Shown in pieces: positions 25,639 to 39,765 of a DNA stretch of 64,000 nucleotides. The notes beneath the pieces are model-generated. The model had not been told where the DNA came from, made no database searches, and saw only the letters and a program-made list of their open reading frames with translations. This DNA comes from Octopus vulgaris (taxonomy: Eukaryota), in assembly GCA_951406725.2 (NCBI GenBank), contig OX597814.1, positions 195,548,001-195,612,000 of the forward strand, given 5' to 3'. The translations under genes and the position numbers were made by a program. The stretch's first letter is position 1; each line of letters starts with the position of its first letter.

Positions 25639-25639
<1 letters not shown>
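25399..25639. mobile_element. TA-associated repeat with fold-back (arms 25457-25535 and 25563-25639)
   Basis: About 78-bp inverted repeat; the left flank matches 63605-63670. Confidence 0.7.
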
Positions 25640-25681
<42 letters not shown>

Positions 25682-25789
25682 CGCATACATACATATATAT
25701 ATATATGTATGTATATATATATATATATGTATGTATTTATATATATATGTATATATATATACATACATACATACGCATACATACATATA

Positions 25790-25840
<51 letters not shown>

Positions 25841-25940
25841 ACATGAATGTATACGTATACCCATACACATTCACATATACGGTGAGTGAGAGACAGAGAA
25901 AGAGAAAGGGAAAGAGAGAAAGAGGGAGGGAGAGAGGTAG

Positions 25941-26013
<73 letters not shown>

Positions 26014-26614
26014 AAATGTATGCTCAAACGTTCTGTTTTATTTCAACGAAATATAAAACTCTCAACGCACCTTTATTTTAGAAGAGAGCAGGATGTGTTG
26101 CCTATTGTAAGCACAATTACAAACTCATACTTAAGTTTCATGTCAGACTTTTTTGGGTATGGTCAGCTGTACTCATTAAGTTTGAAAGTGTGTACGTGGA
26201 ACATTTTAGAGAAAATAAACCTATTTCAAAATAAAGTTTGTTCTAGTTCAGGATTGTGACATGTTCAAATTATATACAAACTTTATGATTTGATTCCGTT
26301 TATTTCAAGTTCGAACAATTTTGAATTTAATTCCATTCCACAAAATGTAGACCTTTTAACCTTTTCCATGCATCGAAAGAGTTTTAACGTGAACTTCGTA
26401 CAAAAACTTGGTAATTTCCGTTCAGCTGAGTCCGCGATTAAATTTCGTTACATCGGTTGAAAAATCATGCAATTTCACTTCCTTTATTTCAAGATCTCGG
26501 AGACTTTATGCTTATGTAAATAATCGATTTTTCCTGAAAAGCTATCATATTTTAATCATTACAGTTCCAGTAGAGATGAAACAACAACAAGAGCAACAAC
26601 AGAAACGACTATAC

Positions 26615-26631
26615 TAATAATAATAATGATG

Positions 26632-26693
<62 letters not shown>

Positions 26694-26706
26694 GATAATA
26701 ATAATG

Positions 26707-26767
<61 letters not shown>

Positions 26768-26790
26768 TGATGATAATAATAATAATATTG

Positions 26791-26824
<34 letters not shown>

Positions 26825-26849
26825 TGATGATGATGATGATGATGATAAC

Positions 26850-26908
<59 letters not shown>

Positions 26909-26920
26909 TAACAATGATAA
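26615..26920. repeat. (TAA)n/(TGA)n microsatellite
   Basis: Direct reading. Confidence 0.95.
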
Positions 26921-27368
26921 TGAAAGGAATAAGACTAATAAAAGTGTGCCACAGAAAGAGAAAGGTCAACAATTAAAGTTGAATGGAAAGTAATCTATGT
27001 TGATGTATGGATGTAAAAACAAAAATTCATACTTTTGTCTTCGGTCGAGATGCACAACATGTCTTCCTTCCCACGGTAATTAAATTCACTGCTGAAAAAT
27101 ATATCAAAATTAAAGGGAAAAAAATATATATAATAATAGCATTGCAGAAACAACAACATTAAGCAGCAACAGAAACAGCATCAGTAACTCTAAGAGTAAC
27201 TGCAACTGCACCAACAGCAGCAGTTGCTGTTATTGTAATAAGAAAAGAACACTAAATTTCGAAGAATTTCAACATTACTATATTTTTATTATAAAATCAA
27301 TTTGGAATAATGACAGTCTTTGAAGATGTTTAATAAATATAAGAGAAAAACAACAGAAGAGAAAGCAC

Positions 27369-27400
<32 letters not shown>

Positions 27401-27865
27401 CAAAGAATATAAAGAATATAAAAGTATAGAAATATAAACATATCTTCATCCATTTGATATCTTTTGTTGATTTAACTGGTTCTGTGTTCTATTGTCTGAA
27501 CAATACACAGAAGAAGCTTCCTGAGTGAAATTACAGGTTCAGCTTGATCAATAGGTCTGTTGCAAGTTGAAACTTTAGAAAATAATCAATTACGAAAACT
27601 TATAAATGTATTCTTTAGATCTTAGTGTTATAGTTTATATTAATGTCACTACATACGTCTACACACAGACACATACACACACATGCACACATACATACAC
27701 ACATCTAGAGAAATAGTCGAAGACGTATTTTGGTGTTAAAGAGCTTCCTACTCCGTATTACTGATTACACGTGTAATGTTTATATAGTTACTGCCAACCT
27801 TTTCAGGAGTTAATCCTTTTGTATTTTGGGTTTTGATCAAACAAATCAAAGAAAGATTAGTATCT

Positions 27866-28400
27866 AAGATAGAGCCACAATACTATTAATATTGAGCCAT
27901 GTTACAATAAAGGTTGAGCTATAGTACTATAAAGATTGAGCCATGTTACTATAAAGATTGAGTCATACTACTATAAAGATTGAGCCATAATACTATAAAG
28001 ATTGAGTCATACTACTATGAAGATTGAACTATGTTACTATAAAGATTGAGCTATAGTACTATAAAGATTGAGTCATGTTACTATAAAGATTGAGTCGTAA
28101 TACTATAAAGACTGAGTCGTAATACTATAAAACTGAGTCATAATACTGTAAAGATTGAGTCATAATACTATAAACTCTGAGTCGTAATACTATAAAGATT
28201 GAACCATGTTACTATAAAGATTGAGTCATAATACTATAAAAACTGAGTCATAATGCTACAAAGATTGAACCATGCTACAATAAAGATTGAATCATAATAC
28301 TATTAAGATTTAGTTATGTTACTATAACGATTGAGCCATGATACCATAAAGATTGAGCGACAATTCCATGAGTACTGAGCCATAATACTCAAGATTGAAA
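27866..28400 (+). repeat. Minisatellite, 20-21-bp unit (TACTATAAAGATTGAGTCAT[AA/GT])
   Basis: About 25 degenerate tandem copies. Confidence 0.9.
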
Positions 28401-29167
28401 TATTATATTACTAGTACAATTTTTGTCTTTCAAGGATTGATAAACAGGAAGTAGAGCACCAGGTGATTTGAAAGAAAAGTATATAGATTAAATAAAAGAA
28501 GATTCCATGCACTTCTGTCGACTTTTTGATCTCTATTTTGAAATTAAAATTCAGTAACAATAGAATAAATATTGGAATACGGAATAAAATTCAGTTATAG
28601 TGGAATGTATAATGATTAAATGTCCCGTTAGTGTGAACAAAGTGAAGCAGCGACAGGGGTGCAGGGAGATAGATAAACTGATAGAGAGACAGAGTGAGTG
28701 AGAGAGAAAGAGAGCAGAGAGAGAAAGAGAGCAGAGAGAGAGAGAGAGAGGGATGGAATCAAGTTTTGGTATCGATGTAATCAACTGCCCCTCCCTGAAA
28801 ATTATTGGCGTTTTCCCAAAATTAGAAATAATCATTAATGATATAGGAATAAGGAATTAAATTCATTATTAATGGAATAGTATAGAAACAGGGAAATAGG
28901 AAAATTTCTCTCTTTTATCTCTAAATTGCTGAAATATTTAACGATGAAGGAAAAACAAAACACATTCCATGAGTGTCTTCCATATTGAAATTATTTTCCA
29001 TCTCTACATAATTCCTCGCTTCGTAAAATTTTAAATTTAGTTTAATTTTCTTTTTGTCTTGGGTAATGCTGTCATGACAATTTGAAATAAGGATGAAATA
29101 GCATATTATAAATGACTACCTTCGATAGAAATTTAAAGATCTTTGAAATGAATTAAATATGTATATG

Positions 29168-29582
29168 TTTCTTTATTGACCACAAGGGGCTAAACACAGA
29201 GGGGACAAACAAGGACAGAAAAACGGATTAAGTCGATTACATCGACCCCAGTGCGTAACTGGTACTGAATTTATCGACCCCAAAAGGATGAAATGCAAAG
29301 TCGACCTCGGCGGAATTTGAACTCAGAACGTAGCGGCAGACGAAATACCTATTTCTTTACTACCCACAAGGGGCTAAACACAGAGAGGACAAACAAGGAC
29401 AGACAAACGGATTAAGTCGATTACATCAACCCCAGTGCGTAACTGGTTCTTAATTTATCGACCCCAAAAGGATGAAAGGCAAAGTGGACCTCGGCGGAAT
29501 TTGAACTCAGAACATAACCGCAAACGAAATACGGCTACGCATTTTGCCCGGCGTCCTAACGATTCTGCCAGCTCGCCGCCTT
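29168..29582 (-). mobile_element. SINE family A dimer
   Basis: Two bodies, one head. Confidence 0.85.
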
Positions 29583-30315
29583 CAATGAATTAAATACGTA
29601 TTTTCGGTACATCATCACTACTGCTTAGTTTTTAAATTCTAACTTCTAATACCACCGTAATCAATTTAGGAGTGATTATCTCCCTTATAATATCTAGCTG
29701 TCAGGATTGGGGAATCCAATATAAATCTACAGGTGATTCTTTTGTTCAACCGGACAGTATTTGTTTTTTACAATGTAAAGCAGAGTTATTCTTGTTAATA
29801 TTAGAAATATATATTATCGATTTGTTTACGAGCGTAAGAGTTTTTAAAATGCGAAAGAAGCTTGTTTTCGGAATGCTTGGAGCACGAGCTGGGTCATGAA
29901 TAATCAAATGAACAAAGGTAATGAAATATAAATTAATACAAATATCTTACTGAAGTCAGATAATGAGCAGAAAATAAGGCGCTAATAAAGCCAGCTTCGA
30001 AGGTCAAGTTGCTCAGGTGCAGCTTGTGTGCGTTGTCTCTAGTTGTCTCCCTTTCTGTCTCTCTCTCTCTCTCCCATCTCTCTCTCTCTGTGTATATGTA
30101 GTTTATAACTCCAATATATCTAGAATCAACAAAATAAAATACTCCCTCCAGTGAGAGACAAAATTTCTTGGAGATACATGGCGTATTTTATAAATATACT
30201 AAGTTAATGTATCATTAATGCATGAAACCATTTGTAGCTATTCCGGTTGAGCGTGTGTGTGCGTGGGTGAGAGTGTATAAGTCCGTGTGTGTGTGTATGT
30301 GAATATATATATATG

Positions 30316-30548
30316 AAGGTGGTGAGCTGGCAGAAACGTTAGCACGCCGGGCGAAATGCGTTGCCGTATTTCGTCTGCCGTTACGTTCCGAGTTCAAATT
30401 CTGCCGAGGTCGACTTTGCCTTTCATCCTTCCGGGGTCGATAAATTAAGTACCAGTTACGCACTGGGGTCGATGTAATCGACTTAATCCGTTTGTCTGTC
30501 CTTGTTTATCTCCTCTGTGTTTAGCCCCTTGTGGGTAGTAAAGAAATA
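30316..30548 (+). mobile_element. SINE family A monomer
   Basis: Head to AAAGAAATA tail. Confidence 0.9.
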
Positions 30549-30785
30549 TATATATATATGAATGGGTAAGTAACATTGCATAATTTATTAACAGTGAAAC
30601 AGTTCTATGGGGTTAATCTATATTTTTGTTATTTTTCATTTGTCCTGCTCGCTTACGTTCATAGTGTGCTAAATTTTTCTTGAGAACAATTCTTAGAGGT
30701 TAAGACTCATGCGGATATCTCTTTAGCGTGGATTCTCTCTCATATTTGTGTTGTATATATAGTGGATTCTCTCTCATATTTGTGT

Positions 30786-30857
<72 letters not shown>

Positions 30858-31099
30858 TATACACATTCACATTGGAGTAACCGTCTAAGGGATAAGAATA
30901 TCCGTTTTATTACCAGTATAAATTATCTATGGTAATCTTGGGATAAAGTTTTGAATCAAAAAATAATAATCGATTGTAGTCAGTTGTTATTGATCAAGAT
31001 TTCTCCATTTTCCCACTTAATTTACATGCACACACACAGACACACGCATACACACACATACACATATAAGACAATACATCTTGTTGAAAGTTTGATTCT

Positions 31100-31670
31100 T
31101 TATCATTACTGTCCTGGAAAACCTCGTGTGGACTCTAGAGTAGCGGTATATGATAAAACTTAAAACTTTTGAATTCCAGAGTATTTACAGGAAAAGTGCT
31201 GTTGAATTTTTCATAAATGTCGGATATATTTTGTGAGTGAAGTTGAGATTTTGAAGCTAGCGAATATTGTAAACATAGAAGTTCCTTGGCAAAATATTTG
31301 CCCAGGGTGGATAGGCTATATAGCTCTTATGGTTGATTAAAGAATTCCAGAATTCTAAAGTGCCTTATCTTTGGAGAACTACGTTCTGGATCCCACCACA
31401 GAAACAGAAATTTAGACAAAAAGATTTTTATATATGATCTGAAAAAGTTAATCATGTGGAAATTTTCGAAATAAGAAAAATGTAGTTGATTTGGGATACT
31501 GGAGAAAAAAATATATTCAATGACTCCAAGCGCGTATGAAAAGGCTCGCATTAATCTCGCATAATTGAAACGAAACTATAGATATTTATAATCCATTCAA
31601 GTGTTCGACTTGTAATCGTGTTTGTGTTTGTAAGGCTGATCTTCTCAGCCACTCAAAGTCACATGATCCA
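31100..31670 (+). pseudogene. Decayed RTE-clade LINE C-terminus
   Basis: WIGYIALMVD*RIP / RILKCLIFGELRSG and terminal FKCSTCNRVCVCKADLLSHSKSH finger. Confidence 0.7.
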
Positions 31671-31839
31671 AAGAAAGCTTATAACAGACTGTCGCTAGAT
31701 GAGAGAAGGTATATCTGTTGTCAAAAAGAGTGTAACAGATGTTGTTCACTTTTTATTGGTAATACGTCTTGATATTTATCTGCTCACAATGTCAGTTGCC
31801 GTGAGTCTGCATTGCAATTAACTGAGAAAAGACAATTGA

Positions 31840-32149
31840 CACCACCACCTCCAGTACCAACACCACCACCAGCACCACCACCTCCAGCACCACCAGCATC
31901 ATCACCACCACCACCACCACAACCACCACCACCACCAACACCACAACCATCACCACCACAACTACAACCACCACAACTACAACCACCACCATCACCACCA
32001 CAACTACAACCACCACCACCACCACCATGACCGCCACAACTACAACCACCACCACCACCACCACCACCACCATCACCACCACAACAACAACCACCACCAC
32101 CATCACCACCACAACTACAACCACCACCACCACCACCACCACCACCACC

Positions 32150-32180
<31 letters not shown>
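31840..32180. repeat. (CCA/CAA/CAT)n trinucleotide repeat
   Basis: Direct reading. Confidence 0.95.
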
Positions 32181-32181
<1 letters not shown>

Positions 32182-33133
32182 TTTACGTCAATTTTTTCCT
32201 TGTCACGGGTTGGAGGGTTCATCGTAATCTGTGTCTGTTCTTCAATCGGAGTTACAGGCCTCCTAGACACAGGGGTTGGAGGACCATCTCTGACTCGTGG
32301 CATTTATATTAAGGTAGCTTCTACAGCCGAATGCTCTTTCTACTGGTGTATTGAATGTATTTTATGGTGACACAGTACTAGATAAGTACAGTGTTATACT
32401 TTCATTAAGAGTAAAATATTCCATCTAGCTGGGAATAATGATTGTACTTTTATCACGACACACTCTCTATAAGTATTATTGCCTCAGATCTATATTTTAG
32501 AGATGAGGAATTATGTACATTATTTACATTTGAGGAAAAAGATAAGGACAAATGTAAATAATGTAAATAATGGGAATCTAGGTAGCCTTCTAGATAAAGG
32601 TGTAGATAACTTGCAGCAAAAAACATACTGGAGTTTCTGGCCAGGATTCAATACTGCCCTGAACAGAACCAAATGGTTCTATAGGCGTAGGAGTGGCTGT
32701 GTGGTAAGTAGCTCGCTTACCAAGTAGCCTGCATACTTCCCACGAGTCTTTGTTGTCAGTGTGCGCATGTATCATTGTGTTGTGCACTGAAGAAGATAGT
32801 CGGCAGTGTTTAGCCTGCCAAAAGAAGCTGCTGCAAAGTAAGACTTTTCTTTGGGACCCAGTGAGTGTCGTTGTCTGTGCTTATATGTTTTACAAACAGG
32901 GAATCCTCATTGTTGGTCTACTTGCGGTTCAGCAACATGGTCCATAGTAAATGAAAATTTTTTTCTCATTGTCTGGTGGGCGCATCCTTCAAACCAAAAA
33001 ATTATTAACTTTTTAACAGTGTATGTTTTTACAACAACATTTACCATTATTGGAAAACTGTATTTCAAGTGTTCACATGAAGTGAACATTTTTTCTCATT
33101 GTGAATTTCTTTCTCCAGGATGTATTTGGAAAC

Positions 33134-33353
33134 TTACTCTTTACTCTTTTACTTGTTTCAGTCCTTTGACTGTGGCCATGCTGGAGCACCGCCTTTAGTC
33201 GAGCAAATGGACCCCAGGACTTATTCTTTGTAAGCCCAGTGCTTATTCTATCGTTCTCTTTTGCCGAACCGCTAAGTGACGGCGGGGACGTAAACACACC
33301 AGCATCAGTTGTCAAGCAATGCTAGGGGAACAAACACAGACAAACAAACACAT

Positions 33354-33391
<38 letters not shown>

Positions 33392-33563
33392 GTATATACA
33401 TATATACGACAGGCTTCTTTCAGTTTCCGTCTACCAAATCCACTCACAAGGCATTGGTCGGCCCGAGACTATAGCAGAAGACACTTGCCGAAGATGCCAC
33501 GCAGTGGGACTGAACCGGGAACTATGTGGTTGGTTAGCAAGCTACTTACCACACAGCCACTCG
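33134..33563 (-). mobile_element. SINE family B
   Basis: Near full-length match. Confidence 0.9.
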
Positions 33564-33663
33564 AGTCAACTTATGTATTGAAAATGAAGGACAACACTTT
33601 CAACACCTCTTATAAAGTCTTGTAAAGTCTAATATATTCTTTTGTACTATCTTATAGATATTT

Positions 33664-33975
33664 GTTGCTTGTTCCTTCTCGATCCACACCTGGCTCATAA
33701 GGGCCGGTTTATCGGTTTCCTTGGCGTATAAGTTCCCTACCTCTCACCTGGACGGGACGCCGGTCCATCGCAGGTGAGCTGCAAGATGCAGGAGGAAAGA
33801 GTGAGAGAATATTGTGGCAAAAGAGTCAGCAGAAGTTCGCCATTACCTTCTGCCGGAGCCGCGTGGAGCTTAGGTGTTTTGCTCATAAACACACACATCG
33901 CTCAGTCTGAGATCGGAACCCGAGATCCCTCGACCGCGAGTCCGCTGCTCTAACCACTAGGCCATGTACCTCCAC
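33664..33975 (-). mobile_element. tRNA-derived SINE related to family C, different tail
   Basis: Head GTGGAGGTACATGGCCTAGTGGTTAGAGCAGCGGACTCGCGG shared with family C. Confidence 0.75.
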
Positions 33976-34055
33976 TATATATATATATTTATTTTGTAAT
34001 AAAATACTTACCGCGGGGAGACTTTTTGAACACTCTCTATTAAGGATAACAAGCC

Positions 34056-34262
34056 AGGCGGCAAGCTGGTAGAATCGTGTGTACGCCGGGCAAATAGTTT
34101 AGTGACATTTGGTCTGTCTTTACGTTCTGAGTTCAAATACTGCTAGGGTCGACTTCGTCTTTCATACTTTCAGGATCGGTAAAATAAATACCAGTCGAGC
34201 AGTGGGGTCAATGTAATCGACTTACCTCCGACCCCCAAATTGCTGGCCTAATGCCAAAATGC
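34056..34262 (+). mobile_element. Diverged SINE family A
   Basis: Head and conserved domain recognisable. Confidence 0.7.
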
Positions 34263-34645
34263 CAAACTGTGAAATCAATATAATGGATAGCAGCAAGGGA
34301 GAGTAAGTGATGACTGGATTGGAAACAGGCGACGGTGAGGATAGATTGACGTGTCAATGATTGATCACATTAGATGAAAGCAATGATAGCTAGCCTTGCC
34401 CAGAAAATTCCAATAAGAAATTTCGCCGTAAGACGTATGGACAATTAAATCCGCATTTTTAAAAATAAAAAAACGAAAAATGATAAAAGGTTTCATAAAA
34501 TCATTAACTTCGCAAGTCTTTATTCAACGGTAAACATTACAAAAAGTGATGAGGTAATTTAAAACGATTTTTTTAAACTGTGAATTTAACTACGGCAAAA
34601 ATGTCTACGGCGAAAATTCCTAGAACCATCGTTAGTCTTACTACA

Positions 34646-35024
34646 GCACTCCGTCGGTTACGACGACGAGGGTTCCAGTTGATCCAATCAACGGAACAGC
34701 CTGCTCGTGAAATTAACGTACAAGTGGCGGAGCACTCCACAGACACGTGTACCCTTAACGTAGTTATCAGGGAGATTCAGCACGACACAGAGTGTGACAA
34801 AGTTGGCCCTTTGAAATACAGGTACAACAGAAACAGGAAGAAAGAGTGAGAGAAAGTTGTGGTGAAAGAATACAGCAGGGCTCGCCATCTCCCCCTGCCG
34901 GAGCCTGGTGGAGCTTTAGATGTTTTCGCTCAATAAACACTCACAACGCTCGGTCTGGGAATTGAAACCGCAATCCTATAAACGCGAGTCCGCTACCCTA
35001 ACCACTGGGCCAATATGCCTCCAC
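34646..35024 (-). mobile_element. tRNA-derived SINE family C
   Basis: TGGCCCAGTGG A box and GGTTTCAATTCC B box; near-identical to 62964-63343. Confidence 0.85.
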
Positions 35025-35404
35025 AATTAGTCTTAAACAAGGGTGATGGCATTGGATATTCAATACGGACAGTTTTGATGCTGCCTTTCCGCTTTACGCA
35101 GGCATCGTGATGGAAGGCATAGTGGAGGGGTGGGTGAGATTTATTTGTAGATGCATCGAACAACATCGTTCGTTGCACGGCTGTCGTGGAACGGTGAATA
35201 GAAGAAGCGATAAGTGATAGATGAGGTATTACCAAAACGGGTGACAAAGGGAGATTTGACAGGAATATAAAGTCGCAGTAAATGCTGTAAGCCATTAATT
35301 AGGTAATAATGTCGTCTTCGCTTTGCTGTTCATGACAAGTAACGGTCAGAGGGCATAACTGAGGCATGGTCGTCGTTGTGGTCCTCGCCGGTATCATAAC
35401 CGTC

Positions 35405-35418
35405 ACCATCACCACCAC

Positions 35419-35465
<47 letters not shown>

Positions 35466-35692
35466 ATATCATCGTCATCATCATCGTCATCTTCATCGTC
35501 ATCGTCATCGTCATCATCATCACCATTATCATAATCATCATCATCACCATTATCATAATCATCATCATCATCATCATCATCAACGTCGTCATCATCATCA
35601 TCATCATCGTCATCATAATCATCATCATCGTCGTCATCATCATCATCGTCGTCGTCGTCGTCGTCGTCGTCGTCATCATCATCATCATCATC
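35405..35692. repeat. (CAT/CGT)n trinucleotide repeat
   Basis: Direct reading. Confidence 0.95.
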
Positions 35693-35785
35693 TAGCTCTC
35701 ACTTTGTTTAAATTATCTAAATTGGACCTTAACTGTTTTCTACTCTGTCCCGAATAAATCTAATTCCTTTGGCTGCTGGAGATTA

Positions 35786-35852
35786 GGTCGAACGATTGTT
35801 GTACGGACGAAGGTTCTTGAGCCAGAGACACGTGTCCTCGACTGTTCGGCCT
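35786..35852 (+). ncRNA. Degenerate type I hammerhead motif
   Basis: CGGACGA-A-GGTTC-tt-GAGCC-A-GAGA-CACGTG-TC with palindrome ACACGTGT; flanks AGGTCGAAC/GTTCGGCCT pair. Confidence 0.45.
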
Positions 35853-36067
35853 GTCTGCAGGTAATAAGCCTGTCCCTTTCCGTAATGGTATGTCAGTTTT
35901 GGAGACTACTTGAATTTTATCTCCCCTTCTCACGTGGAGCTGGTCTTAATTGCCGTTTGATAATTATGATTCATACTCTGTTTTGTATTATAAGGTATTT
36001 TACATACCGGTATTTGTCTAAGTTATTAAAACACTTGCCTCTGGCCACTTCGAGTTATTTTTCTTAA

Positions 36068-36102
<35 letters not shown>

Positions 36103-37429
36103 AGCAACAAGAATGATTCCGATGATTTAGTACAATTGTTTCATACTACAACATTTTATTAAAAGCTGTAAATATTACAGCAGATTTAAGATGCCGAGTA
36201 ATCTTCAGCTAATTTATATAGGTTTTCCAATAATATAAAAGTTTTCAAATCAAGTAATAACATCTTAGGGAAGGTATATATATATATATATATATACACA
36301 CACATATACGCACACACATATATAGCCACACACACATGCACACACACACACATACGCACATACATGCACGCATGCACACGCGCACACCTACATGCATACA
36401 CACACACACACGCACGTACACATACATACATACACACACGCATACATACACCCATACACATACATGCATCCTACACACACATACATACACACTCACACAT
36501 ACATACACACACACGCACTCACTCACACACCTGTATGTTCGCGCACACACATGCACATACACACACTTCCCCACACCCACACGTACATACATACACACTC
36601 ATACACACATACACACACACACACACACACGGACATACATCCATGCACACACATATATACACACATACTCACATACATTCATCGGACACACTGCCACCCA
36701 GACATACACACAGACACACTCACACATCCACACGCACACATACGTACGCGCACACTCGCAGGCTCGCGCACGCACGCGTTTGCGCCGGTTCGCGCACGCA
36801 TGCGCCCGCATGCACCTCGCCCTTGGATCCGACGAGACCTCCCGCCCGTTCCTGGGATGTCGCTTGTCGTTGGGTTTTCCCACGCCCGTCTCCGCGGGAC
36901 CACTCTTCCATCTTCCCCTCCGCTGGAGTCCTTTTCCTAAACCCCCCCTTTTTTTTTTTTTTTCGTTACACACACGCGCACACATATACACACATTGCTT
37001 AAACATATACATCACTCTTACACACATTCAATCTACTCGCCACTAATACTACCACGACACTGGACACACACACACACTACTACTCAACACACGCTGGCAC
37101 GCTACATACGCCCCCACCCCTTCCCCTCCCTCCCTTCCTCCTTCCTCCCTTTTCTCACTACTGACCTTTGTCTGCTATGCTGCTGCTATGCTGACCACCG
37201 TCTCGCCCTACCTCACACGCCTACACACAGACGCACACACTAACACATACATATATTTTTTTTGTTTTTTTACCTCGCCTCACACACACACATACACACA
37301 CGCACACGCACACACTCACACATACACACACATCTGTTGCGTTACCAACCTTGTCTCCACTCTTTTGCCTTTAAAAACCCACTTTGCTCTTGTTATCGTA
37401 AACATCCGCCTTTCACCATGTGCTTCTGC

Positions 37430-37746
<317 letters not shown>

Positions 37747-38028
37747 TGGCCGCATACAAATGACTGGAACAAGTAAAAGAATATATGTGTGTGTGCGCGC
37801 TTGTGTGTCTGTGTTTGTGTGTGTATGAATACACACACGCACACACAACGAGCTTCTTTCAGTCTCGCAAATTCACTCGCAAGTCATTGGTCTATCCGGG
37901 GCTACAGGAGAAGATACTTGCTTAAGGTGCAGTGCAGTGGGACTGAACCGAAAACAAGATGACTGCCAAGCGACCTCCTGAACCACGCAGCCAAAACTGC
38001 ACCAATTCTGTATAATATATAAATAATG

Positions 38029-38866
38029 AAGGCGGCGAGCTGTCCGAAATGTTAGCACGCCGGGCGAAATTCTTAGCGGTATTTCGCCTGTCTTTACGTT
38101 CTGAGTTGAGTTCAAATTCCACCGAGGTCGACTTTGCCTTTCATCCTTTTAGGTTTGATAAATTAGGTACCAGTTGCGTATTGGAGTCAATCTAATCGAC
38201 TAGCCCCCTCCCCCAAAATTTCGTACTTTGTGTCTAGAGAAGAAAAGATTATTATCACACGTTCTAAGACGGCGATCTGGCAGAAACGTTACCACGCCTG
38301 ACGAAATTTTTAGCGGTATTTCGTCTGCCGCTACGTTCTGAGCTCAAATTCCGCCGAGGTCGACTTTGCCTTTCATCCTTTCGGGGTCGATAAATTAAGT
38401 ACCAGTTACGAACTGGGGTCGATGTAATCGACTTAATACCTGTCTGTCCTTGTTTGTTGCCTCTGTATTTAGCCCCTTGTGGGTAATAAAGAAATAGGTA
38501 TTTCGTCTGTCGCTACGTTCTGAGTTCAAATTCCGCCGAGGTCGACTTTGCCTGTCATCCTTCCGGGGTCGATTAAATAAGTACCAGTTACGCACTGATG
38601 TCGATATAATCGACTTAATCCGTTTGTCTGTCCTTGTTTGTCCTCTCTGTGTTTAGCCCCTTGTTGGTAATAAAGAAATAGGTATTTCGTCTGTCTTTAC
38701 GTTCTGAGTTGAGTTAAAATTCAGCCGAGGTCGATTTTGCCTTTCATCCGTTCGGGGGTCGATACATTATGTACCGGTTGCGTACAGGATTCGATCTAAT
38801 CGACTGTCCCCGCACCCCCCCCACCAAAAAAAAATTTTCGGGCCTTGTGCCTAGAGTAGAAAAGAA
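38029..38866 (+). mobile_element. SINE family A cluster: monomer (38029-38209) plus trimer (38266-38866)
   Basis: Repeated bodies joined at AAATAG|GTATTTCGTCTG near 38498 and 38682. Confidence 0.85.
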
Positions 38867-39289
38867 CATATAATTACTTATTCCATTCCGAATCCCACAT
38901 AACCAATTTTTAATTTATTATATCATTTTAAACAAGCTTTACTTAATAATTCATAGAACCTCCTTCTTTAGTTATTATTACCTAATTAAAATTAATTTTT
39001 GTGAGAGAACTTGCTGATCTTGTTACCTGAAAGTTAATTTACACCTGCTCTACACCCGGTTAATATAGCCTTACCTATCTTTTGTTTTAGCTTTCGCCTT
39101 TGTTTCAATTTTAAGCTCCGACTCCCTCCATCTTCCCACCACTCACCAGATCCATGACATTTTGTTAATTGTAATTTCGTTATACGTTTGTTGCTGCTGC
39201 TGTTGTCGTTGTTGTTGCTGTCGAGGTTGTCCTTGCTTTTGTTGTTGCTATTGTTGTCGCTGCTGTCGTCGAGGTATCGACGTTCTTTT

Positions 39290-39765
39290 TGCCTCTTCAT
39301 CTCCTCCTCCTGCACCTCCTCCTCCTCCTCCACCACCATTTCCTCCTCTTTCTCCTCCCCCTCCTATCCTCTTACTCCTCCTCCTGCACCTCCTCCTCCT
39401 CCACCACAATTTCCACCTCTTTCTCCTCCTCCCCTCCTCTTTCTCCTCCTCCTCCACTCCCCTTTCTCCTCATCCTCCACTCCTCTTTCTCCTCGTCCTC
39501 CACTCCTCTTTCTCCTCCTCCCCTCCTCTTACTCCTCGTCCTCTCCACTTTCTCCTCGTCCTCCCCTCCTCTTTCTCCTCAACCTCCCTTCCTCTTACTC
39601 CTCGTCCTCTCCTCCTCTTTCTCCTCGTCCTCTCCTCCTCTTTCTCCTCGCCCTCCCTTCTTTCTCCTCCTCTTCTCCTCCTGTTTCTCCTCTTCCTCTT
39701 GCTCCTCTTCCCTCCCTCCTCTTCCTGCCCTCCTCCTCCTCCTCCTCCTCCTCCTCCTCCTCGTC
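39290..39765. repeat. (CCT)-rich polypyrimidine repeat
   Basis: Direct reading. Confidence 0.9.

Noticed and set aside
27866-28400. Regular repeat array as a possible CRISPR
   Set aside because: Contiguous 20-21-bp units with no unique spacers, no cas genes, eukaryotic context
32725-33133. Non-repetitive ORFs of 60-115 aa
   Set aside because: No recognisable motif or clear splice sites; left unassigned
34400-34628. Possible MITE with AATTTCGCCGTA / TACGGCGAAAATT inverted motifs
   Set aside because: The left end is too degraded to define a TIR or TSD
34985-35024. tRNA genes in SINE heads
   Set aside because: A and B boxes are present, but they continue into SINE bodies and lack a full cloverleaf
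36820-36875. CCGACGA-GAC..GTC hammerhead-like start
   Set aside because: GCTT replaces GAAA and there is no stem I; the region is A-poor and may be low-quality sequence
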